A DNA stretch of 29,496 nucleotides from a virus. Taxonomy: Duplodnaviria > Caudoviricetes. Positions within the stretch are counted from its first letter, which is position 1; every line of letters begins with the position of its first letter. Under the pieces are notes generated by a model. It made no database searches. It saw only the letters and a program-made list of their open reading frames with translations, and had not been told where the DNA came from. The stretch lies in the IMG/VR virus record IMGVR_UViG_3300037461_001099, positions 1-29,496 of that record; one strand, given 5' to 3'. Positions 1-6,547 of the stretch are shown here, in pieces. Made by a program: the position numbers and the translations under genes.

Positions 1-270
1 GTGTTCCTTTAAGATTCTCCAACAAGCCGCTTTAATCGAAAATAAAGAACATTGACGTCCATACGGTTCGTGTGAAATCTCTTCCCATGGATGGTTGTCG
101 TTTACAAGGCGAACGCGCATTTCCCATATAGCAATGTAAGAATGGTCAATTTTTTCTTGTAAACGGTCTGCCCACTGATCAACCGCAATATCATCCAAGA
201 ACAGAGCTATTGGGCCGAACGTAAAGGACATAATCTTCCGAATGTTATTTATTTGCTCTTTTGTTCTCAT
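1..270 (-). CDS. Hypothetical protein, runs off the window edge (MRTKEQINNIRKIMSFTFGPIALFLDDIAVDQWADRLQEK...)
   Basis: Translated by hand: ATG at 270 preceded by GAAAGGAGAG, open to position 1; absent from the ORF track because it has no stop in the window. Confidence 0.7.
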   Translation of the reverse strand, partial: MRTKEQINNIRKIMSFTFGPIALFLDDIAVDQWADRLQEKIDHSYIAIWEMRVRLVNDNHPWEEISHEPYGRQCSLFSIKAACWRILKEH

Positions 271-294
271 TTTCTCTCCTTTCAAAAGAAATTG

Positions 295-795
295 TCAAAA
301 TCTTTCATCCAAGTACTCGGCTAATTGATACCAAAGTTCTGCTTCCCGTTGGTCCCGTTTAGCATTTTTTAATGGAAATAGACCCCCCTCACCATAGTAA
401 GTGTATCGGCGGTTAATCAGGTTTTGAGACAGGGAATTCCAATGAATATTCCTTAGCTCTGTATAACCAACGTTATCTATGACCTCCCAGAATAAATCAC
501 TTAGTTCTACTTCTTCGCCAATTATGTCGCTTATTGCTCTTTCAAGCAAAGCCACGATCATTTCTAAGAGAGAACACGGTTGAATAATTAAGGAATCTGC
601 ATTTATATCTTCTTCCTCTTCAAAAGCTAAACGAAGTTTTTCTCCGTCAATCACTCGATTATCATCATTTGGTTGGATGCTTACAAATGTAGTTGAATGA
701 AGATGAGAAAGAATTTCTTTATTACTTCTCGATCCTTTTACTTTTTTAGAAAGCCATTTGAAATATGCTTTCTCAATTCCCGTCTCCATCTTCAT
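295..795 (-). CDS. Conserved phage hypothetical protein (166 aa)
   Basis: ORF track; GAGGA RBS 8 nt upstream; overlaps the stop of the upstream gene; NDDNRxxDG and GxGGLFPL motifs resemble proteins of this phage group. Confidence 0.75.
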   Translation of the reverse strand: MKMETGIEKAYFKWLSKKVKGSRSNKEILSHLHSTTFVSIQPNDDNRVIDGEKLRLAFEEEEDINADSLIIQPCSLLEMIVALLERAISDIIGEEVELSDLFWEVIDNVGYTELRNIHWNSLSQNLINRRYTYYGEGGLFPLKNAKRDQREAELWYQLAEYLDERF

Positions 796-1339
796 CTGTT
801 AAATCCTCTTTTCTAGTTTTCTTCACCGCTTTTTCTTTCGGTTTACCTTTTGGCTTTTCTTCGATTCCGAGAACTTCTTTTTTATAAGTCCCCTTTTCCC
901 TAATGATTTCGTAATCGATTTCCAGTCGGGAATTTCTAATATATACCACATCTGGGTCTGCACTTTCCTCGCCAAAGTGAAGATGAGCATTAGCACCGAT
1001 TAGCGTTTGCGGGTGATCGATTTGTTCAGAATTCTCGTCGGCGTATACCCCATCCTCAAAGTAATAGAGTGTTTGATGGTCATTCATAGCGGCCTCAAAC
1101 TGGTCCCATGAAATAATCAAAGTATCAGGATCTTTTTTGTACTTTGAAGCTAACTCATCCAATTTGGGTTTTTCTTCTTTAGAAGGAATAAAAGGAATAA
1201 AGTCTCCTTTATGTTCTTCTTCCTCCTTTTTCTTCTCCAATTTATCAACAATTAAGCCACTACCAAAATAACCGCTTAAGCCCCCAACAAGTGCAGCAAT
1301 AATAAGAGCTGCAATCTTTTTTCCTGTAAAGGTAATCAT
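773..1339 (-). CDS. Membrane-anchored hypothetical protein (188 aa)
   Basis: N-terminal hydrophobic helix IAALIIAALVGGLSGYFGSGLIV followed by a charged soluble domain; AAGGAG RBS. Confidence 0.75.
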   Translation of the reverse strand: MITFTGKKIAALIIAALVGGLSGYFGSGLIVDKLEKKKEEEEHKGDFIPFIPSKEEKPKLDELASKYKKDPDTLIISWDQFEAAMNDHQTLYYFEDGVYADENSEQIDHPQTLIGANAHLHFGEESADPDVVYIRNSRLEIDYEIIREKGTYKKEVLGIEEKPKGKPKEKAVKKTRKEDLTDEDGDGN

Positions 1340-1363
1340 CTTTTATCTCCTTATTTTTGAATT

Positions 1364-1398
1364 CCCAACCTCCCGTTATCATAGACGAGGAGGTCGGG
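1364..1398 (-). other. Intergenic GC-rich RNA hairpin without a U-tract
   Basis: Minus strand CCCGACCUCC-U-CGU/CUAUGAUA/ACG-GGAGGUUGGG; the G-U pair forms only on the minus strand. Confidence 0.5.
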
Positions 1399-1452
1399 GT
1401 CTTTGTCTAGTTCGTGCAAATAATCAAGATCATTTTCAAACAATGCGTTCAG

Positions 1453-2364
1453 TCAAATGGCATCAAATATGACCCCGTCCACATTAAAATCCAAAACGAA
1501 TGGGGGGTTTGTCAATCCATTTGGATAATAGTTCCGGATTTCTTCCGGAGCATTGCGAATCCCAAATGAAATAAACTTTGTCGGCTCCGTTGATCCAGAT
1601 TTAATCCATCCAGTAATCGCGCCGGCTTTTGTTCTTTGAAGCCCTAATAGATCCATGACTTCGTTATAAAAGACATGTCCTTTCAAGTCCAGCATGAAAT
1701 TTGCTTGACGTTCTTGGGCTTCCAAGAACCAAAGATTTCTTTGGTGGTCATTCTGCCAATTGGTTGTTGTGTCTTCTCCATAAATTTTAATAAATTCATT
1801 TTGCGGATCGAATCGAGCGATAGCAACACTTGGATTTGTTTCTTTTATTTCTTCTTCTTCTAACTTTACTGTTCTTGAGGAAAGACGAAGTTCATTATCG
1901 TAGTCCTCTCCATGTTCTTCTTTTACTCGCTTTCTATACTCTTTATAAGAATTATCTAGAATTTTATAAGCGGAGGCAAGAGCCGCCACCCGTCCAGTCA
2001 TAATATAATGCCCTCCTGTTAGAAGAGCAATTGATGCAAGCATCACGCCCCCAGCAGGCAAATATAACTTGACTAATTTAACAATTGACTGCGAATTTAC
2101 GATAGTGAGATCTTGCTGATAATGCTCGATAGAGTACTCATCACTAGTAAGTTTAGCTCGTTCGTCGTCAATATATTCAATAAGATCTTCTTTTTCTTTC
2201 AGAACATCGTCGATTTTTAAAGTTGCCTTACAAGCAAGATATGTTGTTAATGGAATTCCCACGATTCCAGCTCCGAACATAATATGCGGCAAATTTTTCT
2301 TAAACCATAATTTTGCGATGCCGTATACTGGCACAGCCATCGACTTAATAGCCAAAATATTCAT
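1453..2364 (-). CDS. DUF6353-like phage protein, paralog 2 (303 aa, N-terminal hydrophobic segments)
   Basis: NLPHIMFGAGIVG...ACKATLK, ALASAY...YKEYRKRV, GHVFYNEVMDLLGL...GW, LDFNVDGVI motifs; paralogous to 4139-4897. Confidence 0.7.
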   Translation of the reverse strand: MNILAIKSMAVPVYGIAKLWFKKNLPHIMFGAGIVGIPLTTYLACKATLKIDDVLKEKEDLIEYIDDERAKLTSDEYSIEHYQQDLTIVNSQSIVKLVKLYLPAGGVMLASIALLTGGHYIMTGRVAALASAYKILDNSYKEYRKRVKEEHGEDYDNELRLSSRTVKLEEEEIKETNPSVAIARFDPQNEFIKIYGEDTTTNWQNDHQRNLWFLEAQERQANFMLDLKGHVFYNEVMDLLGLQRTKAGAITGWIKSGSTEPTKFISFGIRNAPEEIRNYYPNGLTNPPFVLDFNVDGVIFDAI

Positions 2365-2379
2365 TTTATAATCTCCTTT

Positions 2380-2961
2380 TCAATTTAATGGCTTTGGTTT
2401 AGGCAGATCTAAGATCCACCCATTACGAACAGATCGATAACCAGCTTGTGAGAGATTTGTCCACCCCCACTTCTGGTCTACATACTCGTCTCCCTTACCA
2501 ACTATATCATAAAGCTCAGAAACTGATACTTTACCATAGTCATCGATAAGGTCAATGAGCTGACCAAGAATATCTTCACAATCTTGGCGAGTTGGCATCA
2601 CGATGTCGTCAAACTCATAACGACTTTTTCGAGCATAGTAGTGTTCTGTTTTACCTCGATCTCGATCGCCATAATACTGAGTATAGCTAACCTTTGAACG
2701 ATCTCCTCGATCACGTGAACCTCGCCTAGGTTCACCATAAAATAGCATCTCAATAGAATTCGATATTATATCGGTTATAGTCGACTTTAATGCAGGGATA
2801 AGAACTTCCCATAACGCATAGTCAGCAATCTCATCCGAGTGAGACCCGATTAGTCTCTCCCAGAAACGCGGCTTTTTTTCAATGATAATCGCGTTAACTT
2901 TTCGAATTCTTTGAGTTTGAGGAGGTTCATAATCACTTTTAGTAATTCTAATTTCTTCCAC
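2380..2961 (-). CDS. Conserved phage hypothetical protein (193 aa, GTG start)
   Basis: GGAG RBS; C-terminal YGKVSVSELYDIVG...WGW motif resembles the C-terminal motif of the two DUF6353-like proteins. Confidence 0.7.
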   Translation of the reverse strand: MEEIRITKSDYEPPQTQRIRKVNAIIIEKKPRFWERLIGSHSDEIADYALWEVLIPALKSTITDIISNSIEMLFYGEPRRGSRDRGDRSKVSYTQYYGDRDRGKTEHYYARKSRYEFDDIVMPTRQDCEDILGQLIDLIDDYGKVSVSELYDIVGKGDEYVDQKWGWTNLSQAGYRSVRNGWILDLPKPKPLN

Positions 2962-2970
2962 TTAATACTC

Positions 2971-3234
2971 CTATCTATAGATTAGAGTTCCATTTTTTCT
3001 AAAGCCATAACATGTATAGTATTCAATATCATAAAGCTCGCTTTTCCTATCAAATTCTATTACCATGACCTCTTTTTTACCAAATCCAAAAACGGCGTCC
3101 CATCCACGAGGATATCTATCGAATATCCAAATATCTGTCATTGGCTTTATTTTTAAATCTTTGAGGAGTTCTTTCATGGCGAAATATTCTTTCGGAAAAT
3201 AAAGCTTACTCGCTTGGATTCTCCTCATACTCAT
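2971..3234 (-). CDS. Hypothetical protein (87 aa)
   Basis: ORF track; GAAAGGAG RBS; fills the operon without overlap. Confidence 0.65.
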   Translation of the reverse strand: MSMRRIQASKLYFPKEYFAMKELLKDLKIKPMTDIWIFDRYPRGWDAVFGFGKKEVMVIEFDRKSELYDIEYYTCYGFRKNGTLIYR

Positions 3235-3247
3235 GGATATTCTCCTT

Positions 3248-3526
3248 TCAAGAAGAAAATGATCCTATTGCTTTAACTGCTAAAAATGGCATCTCCCTTT
3301 TTATATCAATTAAAGTTTTTCTTTTTAGTTGATCATATTTTTTCCGCCAATAGTCTTTATCTCCAACCATATTGGATGCTTGTACCATAGTATAAAAATG
3401 ATCAAAATCGACATATAACTTAGGATTATAGGCACCGCAAACTTCGCAGTGCCATTTTCCATCAATAAAGACATGATCTGAATGTGTCATGCAGATCGGG
3501 CACCATGTCCATATTTTGTTTTCCAT
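3248..3526 (-). CDS. Zinc-ribbon protein (92 aa)
   Basis: CPIC...CEVC pair near the N-terminus; AGGAG RBS. Confidence 0.65.
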   Translation of the reverse strand: MENKIWTWCPICMTHSDHVFIDGKWHCEVCGAYNPKLYVDFDHFYTMVQASNMVGDKDYWRKKYDQLKRKTLIDIKREMPFLAVKAIGSFSS

Positions 3527-3544
3527 AATTCTCCTAAAAAATTA

Positions 3545-3577
3545 AAAGCTAAGTACTATGTTATAGTACTTAGCTTT
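3545..3577 (-). terminator. Cassette I hairpin
   Basis: Perfect 15-bp inverted repeat AAAGCTAAGTACTAT/ATAGTACTTAGCTTT with a 3-nt loop; T-rich downstream on the minus strand. Confidence 0.7.
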
Positions 3578-3595
3578 GTGAATGGAATGAACTGA

Positions 3596-3805
3596 TTATT
3601 CGGTTTTCTTGTTAGGGAAAACAGCCGCGACAACCAAGCCGGTCAGAACCAACCCGACGATCATCTCGCCAGCGTCGTAAAGAGCACAGACAACTTTTCC
3701 ATGCTTCTCTTCCGACGGACGAGATAACTTATCGAGTTGGGTTCCGATAAACGTGCCTGTTGAGGCCATTACACCCATTTTTAAAATGCCAGTAACAAAG
3801 TTCAT
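3596..3805 (-). CDS. Cassette I small membrane protein (69 aa)
   Basis: C-terminal TM segment MIVGLVLTGLVVAAVF; directly follows the repeat motif and RBS. Confidence 0.8.
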   Translation of the reverse strand: MNFVTGILKMGVMASTGTFIGTQLDKLSRPSEEKHGKVVCALYDAGEMIVGLVLTGLVVAAVFPNKKTE

Positions 3806-3812
3806 TTTATCC

Positions 3813-3847
3813 TTCCTTTCTAATAGAACATATGTTTTCGCTGCGAA
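3813..3847 (-). promoter_or_regulatory. Array motif copy 9 (promoter-like + RBS)
   Basis: TTCGCAGCGAAAACATATGTTCTATTAGAAAGGAA. Confidence 0.75.
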
Positions 3848-3855
3848 AGAAAAAA

Positions 3856-3885
3856 GATGAGCACTATGTTTCCATAGTGCTCATC
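3856..3885 (-). terminator. Cassette H intrinsic terminator
   Basis: 13-bp stem GATGAGCACTATG/CATAGTGCTCATC, GAAA loop, followed by a T-tract on the minus strand. Confidence 0.8.
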
Positions 3886-3900
3886 AGCCTGGGAGGCTTC

Positions 3901-4095
3901 TTACATGATCTGATTGTCTGTGGTAGCCGGTTCAACGCTTTCCAAAACCTCATTGCTTCCATCTTCCGGAAGCTGATCCAGCACATATAAGGTCCCGAGG
4001 ACCCCGAGTACTGCACCAGCAGTCGCGGAAAGACCGATAACAACTTTGGTTTTGTTATTATTGAACCAAACCCTAACCTGATCTTTCGTAACCAT
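3901..4095 (-). CDS. Cassette H small membrane protein (64 aa)
   Basis: TM segment VVIGLSATAGAVLGVLGTLYVL with an acidic tail; motif and RBS upstream. Confidence 0.8.
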   Translation of the reverse strand: MVTKDQVRVWFNNNKTKVVIGLSATAGAVLGVLGTLYVLDQLPEDGSNEVLESVEPATTDNQIM

Positions 4096-4103
4096 TTTAG
4101 TAT

Positions 4104-4138
4104 CTCCTTTCTATTAAAGTCTATGTAAATGCTGCGAC
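4104..4138 (-). promoter_or_regulatory. Array motif copy 8
   Basis: GTCGCAGCATTTACATAGACTTTAATAGAAAGGAG, starting immediately after the upstream stop codon. Confidence 0.75.
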
Positions 4139-4897
4139 CTACCAAATCTTAGTTGGCACATTCTTGAAATCTAACACGATACAAGGAATTCCGCCCTCAG
4201 CAATCTTTGATGAGAAGTGAATATCTAGCAGCCCATTATCTATATTCCACCCCAGAGACTTACCCAATTCAGTCCCTTCAAGCCCAATCTCGTAATATAA
4301 CTCATTAATGGACATGCACATTTCTCTAAGTAAACGCGCATTAAAATCGTTCTGAATCTTTCTAACTGCTTCAATTTCGGTTTTAAAATATCGCCCCGAC
4401 AAAGAATCATAGAATAAAGTATCCCCCTTACCCAAAACAATAATATCCTTCTTAGATAAAGGATCTTTATTTAAGTGATCTTGAGAAATGGCGTCACGTA
4501 TTTTCTCTTCCTTTCGCTCTCCAATCGTTTCGATAACTTTATGCTTATACTCATTTAACGCCTTCTCTGATAAAGCATATAACCCAGACAAAGCGGCATT
4601 GCGACGCAAAGAAATATTATTCGATCCTATATTTGTTGAAATACTAATAATTGTAAAAAATGCCGTTGGAATATAGCATTTCCAGGTAACTTTCAGCTTC
4701 TCAAAATTAGAAAGATCTGGATTTCGAGTTTCCTCATCTTGAATGAGATATAGTGCTTTAGGAGTTGCACTAATTCCGGATACCACAGCCCAAACCGTCG
4801 TTAATGCACTAATGCCCGTTAAAATACTAGAAGAATTTTTAGTTCCAAACTCAATCCCTTTTCTAATTCCGATTTTTAATAATGGTATAATATTCAT
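4139..4897 (-). CDS. DUF6353-like phage protein, paralog 1 (252 aa)
   Basis: KNSSSILTGI...ATPKA, TWKCYIP, RRNAALSGLY, FYDSLSGRYF, SINELYYEIGL...LGW motifs; AAGGAG RBS. Confidence 0.75.
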   Translation of the reverse strand: MNIIPLLKIGIRKGIEFGTKNSSSILTGISALTTVWAVVSGISATPKALYLIQDEETRNPDLSNFEKLKVTWKCYIPTAFFTIISISTNIGSNNISLRRNAALSGLYALSEKALNEYKHKVIETIGERKEEKIRDAISQDHLNKDPLSKKDIIVLGKGDTLFYDSLSGRYFKTEIEAVRKIQNDFNARLLREMCMSINELYYEIGLEGTELGKSLGWNIDNGLLDIHFSSKIAEGGIPCIVLDFKNVPTKIW

Positions 4898-4922
4898 AAT
4901 TTTCTCCTTTTAAAAAATATAA

Positions 4923-4940
4923 TCCTATGTTTCCATAGGA
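4923..4940 (-). terminator. Cassette G hairpin (weak)
   Basis: TCCTATG-GAAA-CATAGGA followed by TTATATTTTT. Confidence 0.6.
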
Positions 4941-5020
4941 CTATTATTCCGGGGATGCACCGGTAGTAACAACGCAACTACCAGCAACAATACCCCTGTG
5001 ATCACGGTTGTTATTTCCAT
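4925..5020 (-). CDS. Cassette G micropeptide, 31 aa: MEITTVITGVLLLVVALLLPVHPRNNSPMET
   Basis: Translated by hand; motif and GAAAGGAG RBS upstream; single TM segment; TAG lies inside the downstream hairpin. Confidence 0.75.
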   Translation of the reverse strand: MEITTVITGVLLLVVALLLPVHPRNNSPMET

Positions 5021-5025
5021 TTTAT

Positions 5026-5060
5026 CTCCTTTCTATTAAAGGAGATGTTTTCGCTGCGAA
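5026..5060 (-). promoter_or_regulatory. Array motif copy 7
   Basis: TTCGCAGCGAAAACATCTCCTTTAATAGAAAGGAG, identical to copies 2 and 4. Confidence 0.8.
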
Positions 5061-5067
5061 GCGAAAA

Positions 5068-5095
5068 GATAAAGCTACTTTTCAGTAGCTTTATC
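5068..5095 (-). terminator. Cassette F terminator
   Basis: 12-bp stem GATAAAGCTACT/AGTAGCTTTATC, GAAA loop, then TTTT. Confidence 0.75.
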
Positions 5096-5188
5096 AAGCA
5101 AAACAGACGTCAACGCGATAGCCAAACTTGACAACGCGACAAAACAGACTCCTAAGTCTATTAAGGCGTTTACAAAAATTTCATCCAT
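5075..5188 (-). CDS. Cassette F micropeptide, 37 aa: MDEIFVNALIDLGVCFVALSSLAIALTSVLLDKATEK
   Basis: Translated by hand; motif and RBS upstream; single TM segment; stop inside the hairpin. Confidence 0.75.
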   Translation of the reverse strand: MDEIFVNALIDLGVCFVALSSLAIALTSVLLDKATEK

Positions 5189-5194
5189 TTTAGT

Positions 5195-5229
5195 CTCCTT
5201 TCTATTATATGCCATGTTTTTCGTGCGAA
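5195..5229 (-). promoter_or_regulatory. Array motif copy 6
   Basis: TTCGCACGAAAAACATGGCATATAATAGAAAGGAG (contains perfect TATAAT). Confidence 0.8.
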
Positions 5230-5234
5230 AGAAA

Positions 5235-5268
5235 AAAGAGCATGCCATGATTCCATGACATACTCTTT
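5235..5268 (-). terminator. Cassette E terminator
   Basis: AAAGAGUAUGUCAUG-GAAU-CAUGGCAUGCUCUUU with two G-U pairs specific to the minus strand, then a U-tract. Confidence 0.75.
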
Positions 5269-5273
5269 AAAAC

Positions 5274-5435
5274 CTAATCGTCACTGAAGCTCTTTTTAAA
5301 AAGATCCGCAACGATTTCTAAGTACTTGTCCATCATTTTGACAATCATCCTTGCCGTGATCAAATCGCAGGTGCGATTCGTAATCACTACAATAACAATA
5401 GCCAACATTAGCTGAGCAAACGCATCGAAATTCAT
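5274..5435 (-). CDS. Cassette E small membrane protein (53 aa, MNFDAFAQLMLAIVIVVIT...)
   Basis: Start moved from 5459 to ATG 5435, which follows AAAGGAG; N-terminal hydrophobic segment. Confidence 0.75.
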   Translation of the reverse strand: MNFDAFAQLMLAIVIVVITNRTCDLITARMIVKMMDKYLEIVADLFKKSFSDD

Positions 5436-5472
5436 TTTAGTCTCCTTTTCCGAAAACATAGTTTGAATAGTG

Positions 5473-5502
5473 TTCTATTATATACTATGTATTTCGTGCG
5501 AA
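5473..5502 (-). promoter_or_regulatory. Array motif copy 5 (RBS displaced downstream)
   Basis: TTCGCACGAAATACATAGTATATAATAGAA, then an extra leader before AAAGGAG. Confidence 0.75.
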
Positions 5503-5546
5503 ATGATTTTCGATTTATTCCCCCGGGGTATTTTTAAAAGAAAAAA

Positions 5547-5572
5547 GGAAAGCCCTGTTACCAGGGCGATCC
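5547..5572 (-). terminator. Cassette D terminator
   Basis: GGA-TC-GCCCTG-GTAA-CAGGGC-TT-TCC then TTTTTT; the ORF stop TAA lies in the loop. Confidence 0.7.
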
Positions 5573-5731
5573 AGCTAAAATGAGATCATATATTTTTCTG
5601 TAGACGAGAACTAAATCGTCGGAATAAACAACATTAATTATAACAAGCACCAGCATAAAGATGGCGTTAATTATAACAAAGCGTTTAAATTCGGCGAAGT
5701 CGGTTTCGTTCATATCTAAAAATTTTTTCAT
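5558..5731 (-). CDS. Cassette D small membrane protein (57 aa, MKKFLDMNETDFAEFKRFVIINAIFMLVLVIINVVY...)
   Basis: Start moved from 5842 to ATG 5731, which follows the motif and RBS; one TM segment. Confidence 0.75.
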   Translation of the reverse strand: MKKFLDMNETDFAEFKRFVIINAIFMLVLVIINVVYSDDLVLVYRKIYDLILAGSPW

Positions 5732-5817
5732 TTTAATCTCCTTTCTATTAAAGGAGATGTTTTCGCTGCGAAGCGAAAAAAGGAAAGCTGTGTTTCCACA
5801 GCAGTCCTTTTTGAAAA
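5724..5817. repeat. 94-bp exact direct repeat, copy 1 (terminator + motif copy 4 at 5738-5772 + RBS + ATG)
   Basis: Base-by-base identical to 6189-6282; 44 bp of it recur at 5024-5067. Confidence 0.95.
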
Positions 5818-5819
5818 GA

Positions 5820-5909
5820 TTACTTTTTTGGAATAAATCCAAAAACCAAAATAATCCATGCTAGGATACTAACACAAATTACTAAGACGTTATTTATTTT
5901 CTCATCCAT
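5820..5909 (-). CDS. Cassette C micropeptide, 29 aa: MDEKINNVLVICVSILAWIILVFGFIPKK
   Basis: Translated by hand; motif and GAAAGGAG RBS upstream; single TM segment with a basic C-terminus. Confidence 0.75.
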   Translation of the reverse strand: MDEKINNVLVICVSILAWIILVFGFIPKK

Positions 5910-5915
5910 TTTAAT

Positions 5916-5950
5916 CTCCTTTCTATAATACTAAATGTTTCTCATGCGAA
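5916..5950 (-). promoter_or_regulatory. Array motif copy 3
   Basis: TTCGCATGAGAAACATTTAGTATTATAGAAAGGAG. Confidence 0.8.
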
Positions 5951-5987
5951 AAAAAGGAAAGCTGTGTTTCCACAGCGATCCTTTTTT
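5950..5987 (-). terminator. Cassette B terminator
   Basis: AAAAAAGGA-TC-GCTGTG-GAAA-CACAGC-TT-TCCTTTTTT. Confidence 0.75.
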
Positions 5988-5989
5988 AA

Positions 5990-6196
5990 TTACAGGATTT
6001 CGAAATATTTTAATACAACTTCCATTTTAAAAAGCTCCATTTCACGAAGAAAACGTCTATGTTCCTCTTCTAAGGCGAGAAATCCATCCTCTCTTACTCG
6101 ATTATTATTTCCCGCCATTATTTCTTTAAACATGCGTATTTGCGCTTCGTGGCGATAGAGCATTTCATAATACTTTTGATATAAAATATTTTTCAT
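5990..6196 (-). CDS. Cassette B small soluble helical protein (68 aa)
   Basis: ORF track; motif and RBS upstream; charged, with no clear TM segment. Confidence 0.75.
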   Translation of the reverse strand: MKNILYQKYYEMLYRHEAQIRMFKEIMAGNNNRVREDGFLALEEEHRRFLREMELFKMEVVLKYFEIL

Positions 6197-6282
6197 TTTA
6201 ATCTCCTTTCTATTAAAGGAGATGTTTTCGCTGCGAAGCGAAAAAAGGAAAGCTGTGTTTCCACAGCAGTCCTTTTTGAAAA
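6189..6282. repeat. 94-bp exact direct repeat, copy 2 (terminator 6242-6277 + motif copy 2 at 6203-6237 + RBS + ATG)
   Basis: Identical to 5724-5817 at an offset of 465 bp. Confidence 0.95.
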
Positions 6283-6540
6283 CTAATTTTTTCTAAGAAA
6301 ACTAACAGCTTTTGAAACCACAATGTCCGTTTTCTCAAAGTACAATACCAGTAGCAAACCGCCAATATAAAACATGCCATTAATAATCAAATCCGCTGAT
6401 ATGAGACTCAAGTTTTTACTTCGAGCCTCATATAGCGTTTTCAAATTATCGCAAGCCATTTTATATTCTTGACTGCTTGGATCTGTAACCTCAAGAAAAT
6501 CTTCTATCTCAGATATTCTAGCTTTGATTTTCTTATCCAT
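6283..6540 (-). CDS. Cassette A small membrane protein (85 aa)
   Basis: N-terminal helical hairpin plus TM segment LIINGMFYIGGLLLVLYF, then EK...SKA; motif and RBS upstream. Confidence 0.8.
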   Translation of the reverse strand: MDKKIKARISEIEDFLEVTDPSSQEYKMACDNLKTLYEARSKNLSLISADLIINGMFYIGGLLLVLYFEKTDIVVSKAVSFLRKN

Positions 6541-6547
6541 AATAAAT

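Noticed and set aside
1453-1455. Selenocysteine UGA or genome-wide stop-codon reassignment
   Set aside because: The hairpin is too far from the UGA for a bacterial SECIS, and TAA, TAG and TGA all end full-length genes under the standard code.
3864-4145. 93-aa alternative ORF overlapping cassette H
   Set aside because: Runs through the regulatory motif with no RBS; the 64-aa ORF has the motif, SD and a TM segment.
5732-5842. N-terminal extensions of the ORF-track calls 5558-5842 and 5274-5459
   Set aside because: They cross the terminator, motif or leader; SD-preceded ATGs are at 5731 and 5435.
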